From IMG/VR virus record IMGVR_UViG_3300044625_000272, positions 1-25,526 of that record: a DNA stretch of 25,526 nt; one strand, 5' to 3'. The notes beneath the pieces are model-generated. The model saw only the letters and a list, made by a program, of their open reading frames with translations. It had not been told where the DNA came from and made no database searches. Made by a program: the position numbers and the translations under genes. This stretch comes from a virus (Duplodnaviria; Caudoviricetes). Positions 25,448-25,526 of this stretch are shown here, in pieces (positions within the stretch are counted from its first letter, which is position 1; the number at the start of each line of letters is the position of its first letter).

Positions 25448-25526
25448 ATAGAGACGAGCTGCGGTCAATGCTGGTGCTCCACGAAGGGCTTCGACTGTTC
25501 CCGTACCGTTGCACTGCGGGCAAGAT
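25444..25526 (+). CDS. Endolysin, GH24 (T4-lysozyme-like), 5' partial
   Basis: MNRDELRSMLVLHEGLRLFPYRCTAGK matches the GH24 'HEG.RL.PY.[DC]..G' catalytic segment. Confidence 0.85.
   Translation, partial: MNRDELRSMLVLHEGLRLFPYRCTAGK

Larger units (their letters stand above)
1..25526 (+). mobile_element. Tailed phage/prophage late region (packaging, head, short tail, ejection, lysis), podovirus-like
   Basis: Syntenic terS-terL-portal-scaffold-capsid-adaptor-nozzle-ejection-holin-lysozyme order; many ATGA/TAATG overlaps; no tape measure, sheath or tail tube gene recognised. Confidence 0.96.

Noticed and set aside
1-25526. tRNA, rRNA, integrase, att site or transposase
   Set aside because: None recognised; whether this is a prophage or a free phage cannot be decided from this window.

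Overview
The window is the late (morphogenesis) operon of a GC-rich, short-tailed podovirus-like dsDNA phage or prophage, almost entirely on the + strand with tightly coupled genes. Order: small regulatory-type ORFs, terS, terL, a beta-rich protein and a CE4 deacetylase-like protein, P22-like portal, an accessory block, scaffold, a structured intergenic leader, N4-gp56/DUF4043-like major capsid protein, a probable decoration protein, adaptor, P22 gp10-like nozzle, three probable ejection proteins, two membrane (holin-like) genes and the start of a GH24 lysozyme. The most notable feature is a set of sugar-modifying genes interleaved among the virion genes: a Maf/DUF115-like protein, a TPR + GT-B protein (FlmG-like architecture), a SAM methyltransferase and two GT-A glycosyltransferases. 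Several neighbouring structural proteins are Ser/Thr-rich, which suggests a virion glycosylation system (inference). Also seen: an in-frame A_AAA_AAG/A9 slippery site joining two ORFs, tandem paralogous genes, a non-canonical terminase Walker A, triple hairpin repeats upstream of the capsid gene, and two sub-60-aa genes missing from the ORF track. All family assignments come from motif recognition by eye; no database search was run.
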